Assembly: GCA_963813815.1 (NCBI GenBank)
Contig: CAWFAD010000003.1
Location: 1-19,851 of the forward strand
From: an uncultured bacterium
Lineage (GTDB): Bacteria; Krumholzibacteriota; Krumholzibacteriia; Krumholzibacteriales; Krumholzibacteriaceae
DNA: 19,851 nt
Direction of reading: 5' to 3'
Shown here: in pieces, positions 18,729 through 19,851 of the stretch
Position numbering within the stretch: position 1 is the first letter of the stretch
Layout: the number at the start of each line of letters is the position of its first letter
Program-made: the position numbers and the translations under genes
The notes under the pieces: model-generated
Told to the model about the DNA's origin: nothing
The model's database searches: none
The model's input: only the letters and a program-made list of their open reading frames with translations

Positions 18729-19555
18729 GCTCGAGCGTCTCGAAAGAATAGTCGGGCGCCGCGGGAGCGCGCTCGTCGCCTTTTCGGGGGGCGCCGACTC
18801 GACGTTTCTCCTCTCGGTCGCGCGGGACGTTCTCGAGGATCGCGCGGTCGCCGCGACCGTCGCCTTTCCGGCGGTGCCGGCGTCCGAGGTGCGCGCCGCG
18901 CGGGCGCTGGCCCGGGCGCTCGGCGTGAAGCACGTCGTCCTGCGGGCGGATGAGATCCTCTCGATGAAGCCGTTCGCGGGAAACGCGCCCGACCGCTGCT
19001 ACCACTGCAAGAAGGCTCTGCTCGCGAAGCTCGCCGCGCTCGCGGCCCGACGCGGCCTCGCGTGCGTGCTCGACGGCTCGAATGCGGATGACGCGATGGA
19101 GGCGCGGCCCGGGAGCCGCGCCGTGCGGGAGCTCGGTGTGGGGAGCCCGCTCGCGGAGGCGGGGCTCACGAAAGTCGACATACGGGCCCTCTCGCGCGAG
19201 CGGGGGCTCCCGACCTGGGACAAAGCGGCGACGCCCTGCCTCGCCACGCGGATACCCTACGGGGAAAAGGTCACGAAGGCGCGGCTCTCGCGGATAGAGC
19301 GGGGGGAGGCGGCGCTCGCGGCGGCTGGATTTAGGGGGGCGCCGGCTTCGCGACCACGGGGATGTGGCCCGGATCGAGGCCGCGCCGCGCGACGTCGCGC
19401 GTCTCCTCGACGGGCCGCTCCGCGCGAAGCTCGCGAGGAGGCTCAAGGCGCTCGGTTTTCGGTACGTCGCGGTCGATCTCGAAGGGTATCGCGCGGGGAG
19501 CATGGACGGGACGCTCCGCGGGCGGAAGAGAGCCTTCTTGACAAAGCGCGCGTAG
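18673..19555 (+). CDS. larE: LarE-family ATP-dependent sulfur transferase (PP-loop), apparent 1-nt insertion near 19334-19343
   Basis: VAFSGGADS PP-loop, DRCYHCK, DGSNADD, RPG.RA, SPLAEAGLTK..IR and CLATRIPYG. After GFRG the family sequence continues in the +1 frame as RLRDHGDVARIE...LGFRYVAVDLEGYRAGSM, ending at TAG 19555. The 883-nt span is one base over a whole number of codons. Confidence 0.88.
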
Positions 19556-19565
19556 CGGCTATCAT
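19538..19565 (+). promoter_or_regulatory. sigma70-type promoter for the small membrane protein and tRNA-Val
   Basis: TTGACA (19538-19543), N16, TATCAT (19560-19565). Confidence 0.7.
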
Positions 19566-19608
19566 TGCAGAGGAACCAAGGCCGCTACCCGGAAGAGAGG
19601 ACTACACG

Positions 19609-19764
19609 ATGCATGTTCTGCGCAGATACCGCAGGTGGATCCTGACGCTCGGCTTCGCGGCGATCGTCGCGGGCTACATCTTCCTCGCGCTCAACTCCAT
19701 CTCGCTCGCCCCGCTGCTTCTCGTTCTCGGGTACTGCGTGCTCGTACCCCTCGCGCTCCTCTAG
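19609..19764 (+). CDS. Small two-helix membrane protein (51 aa), DUF3098-like
   Basis: AGAGGA RBS, then MHVLRRYRRWILTLGFAAIVAGYIFLALNSISLAPLLLVLGYCVLVPLALL: basic N-terminus, two hydrophobic segments, SLAP.L.V.GY pattern. Family assignment is from recalled resemblance only. Confidence 0.75.
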   Translation: MHVLRRYRRWILTLGFAAIVAGYIFLALNSISLAPLLLVLGYCVLVPLALL

Positions 19765-19775
19765 GTGGGCCTCGC

Positions 19776-19851
19776 GGGCGAATAGCTCAGTTGGTTAGAG
19801 CGCCTGCCTTACAAGCAGGAGGTCGCAGGTTCAAGTCCTGCTTCGCCCACC
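19776..19851 (+). tRNA. tRNA-Val (anticodon TAC); last base of the CCA lies beyond the window
   Basis: Acceptor stem GGGCGAA/TTCGCCC, D arm GCTC..GAGC, anticodon arm CCTGC-CTTACAA-GCAGG, T arm GCAGG-TTCAAGT-CCTGC, then A-CC. Confidence 0.98.

Noticed and set aside
18673..19764. LarE fused to a C-terminal membrane anchor (363 aa)
   Set aside because: Created by the +1 indel; the real LarE C-terminus is in another frame, and the hydrophobic ORF has its own promoter and RBS.

Overview
High-GC bacterial chromosomal segment. A secreted protein ending in an NYPNPFN/FlgD-type tail suggests an FCB-group lineage such as Ca. Krumholzibacteriota or Latescibacterota (inference). From left to right: the 5' part of a Hanks-type Ser/Thr kinase (-); a secreted papain-family (C1A) cysteine protease with a sigma54-like promoter (-); a purine nucleoside phosphorylase (+); a heavy-metal RND efflux operon (-: Cys/His-rich leader ORF, TolC/CzcC-like, frameshifted CzcB-like adaptor, CzcA/CusA-family pump); then a long + strand run of ileS (type 2, GVHH motif), a dksA/traR-family gene, lspA, rluD-like, an RsbV/RsbW/RsbU-like partner-switching trio, ruvX, mltG, a frameshifted larE-like gene, a 51-aa membrane protein and tRNA-Val(TAC), which is cut at the window edge. 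The most interesting signal is the efflux operon's 5' end. A near-leaderless Cys/His-rich ORF stops immediately before a predicted stem-loop that pairs with the Shine-Dalgarno of the first efflux gene, suggesting metal-responsive translational control. The two single-base frameshifts may be sequencing errors.
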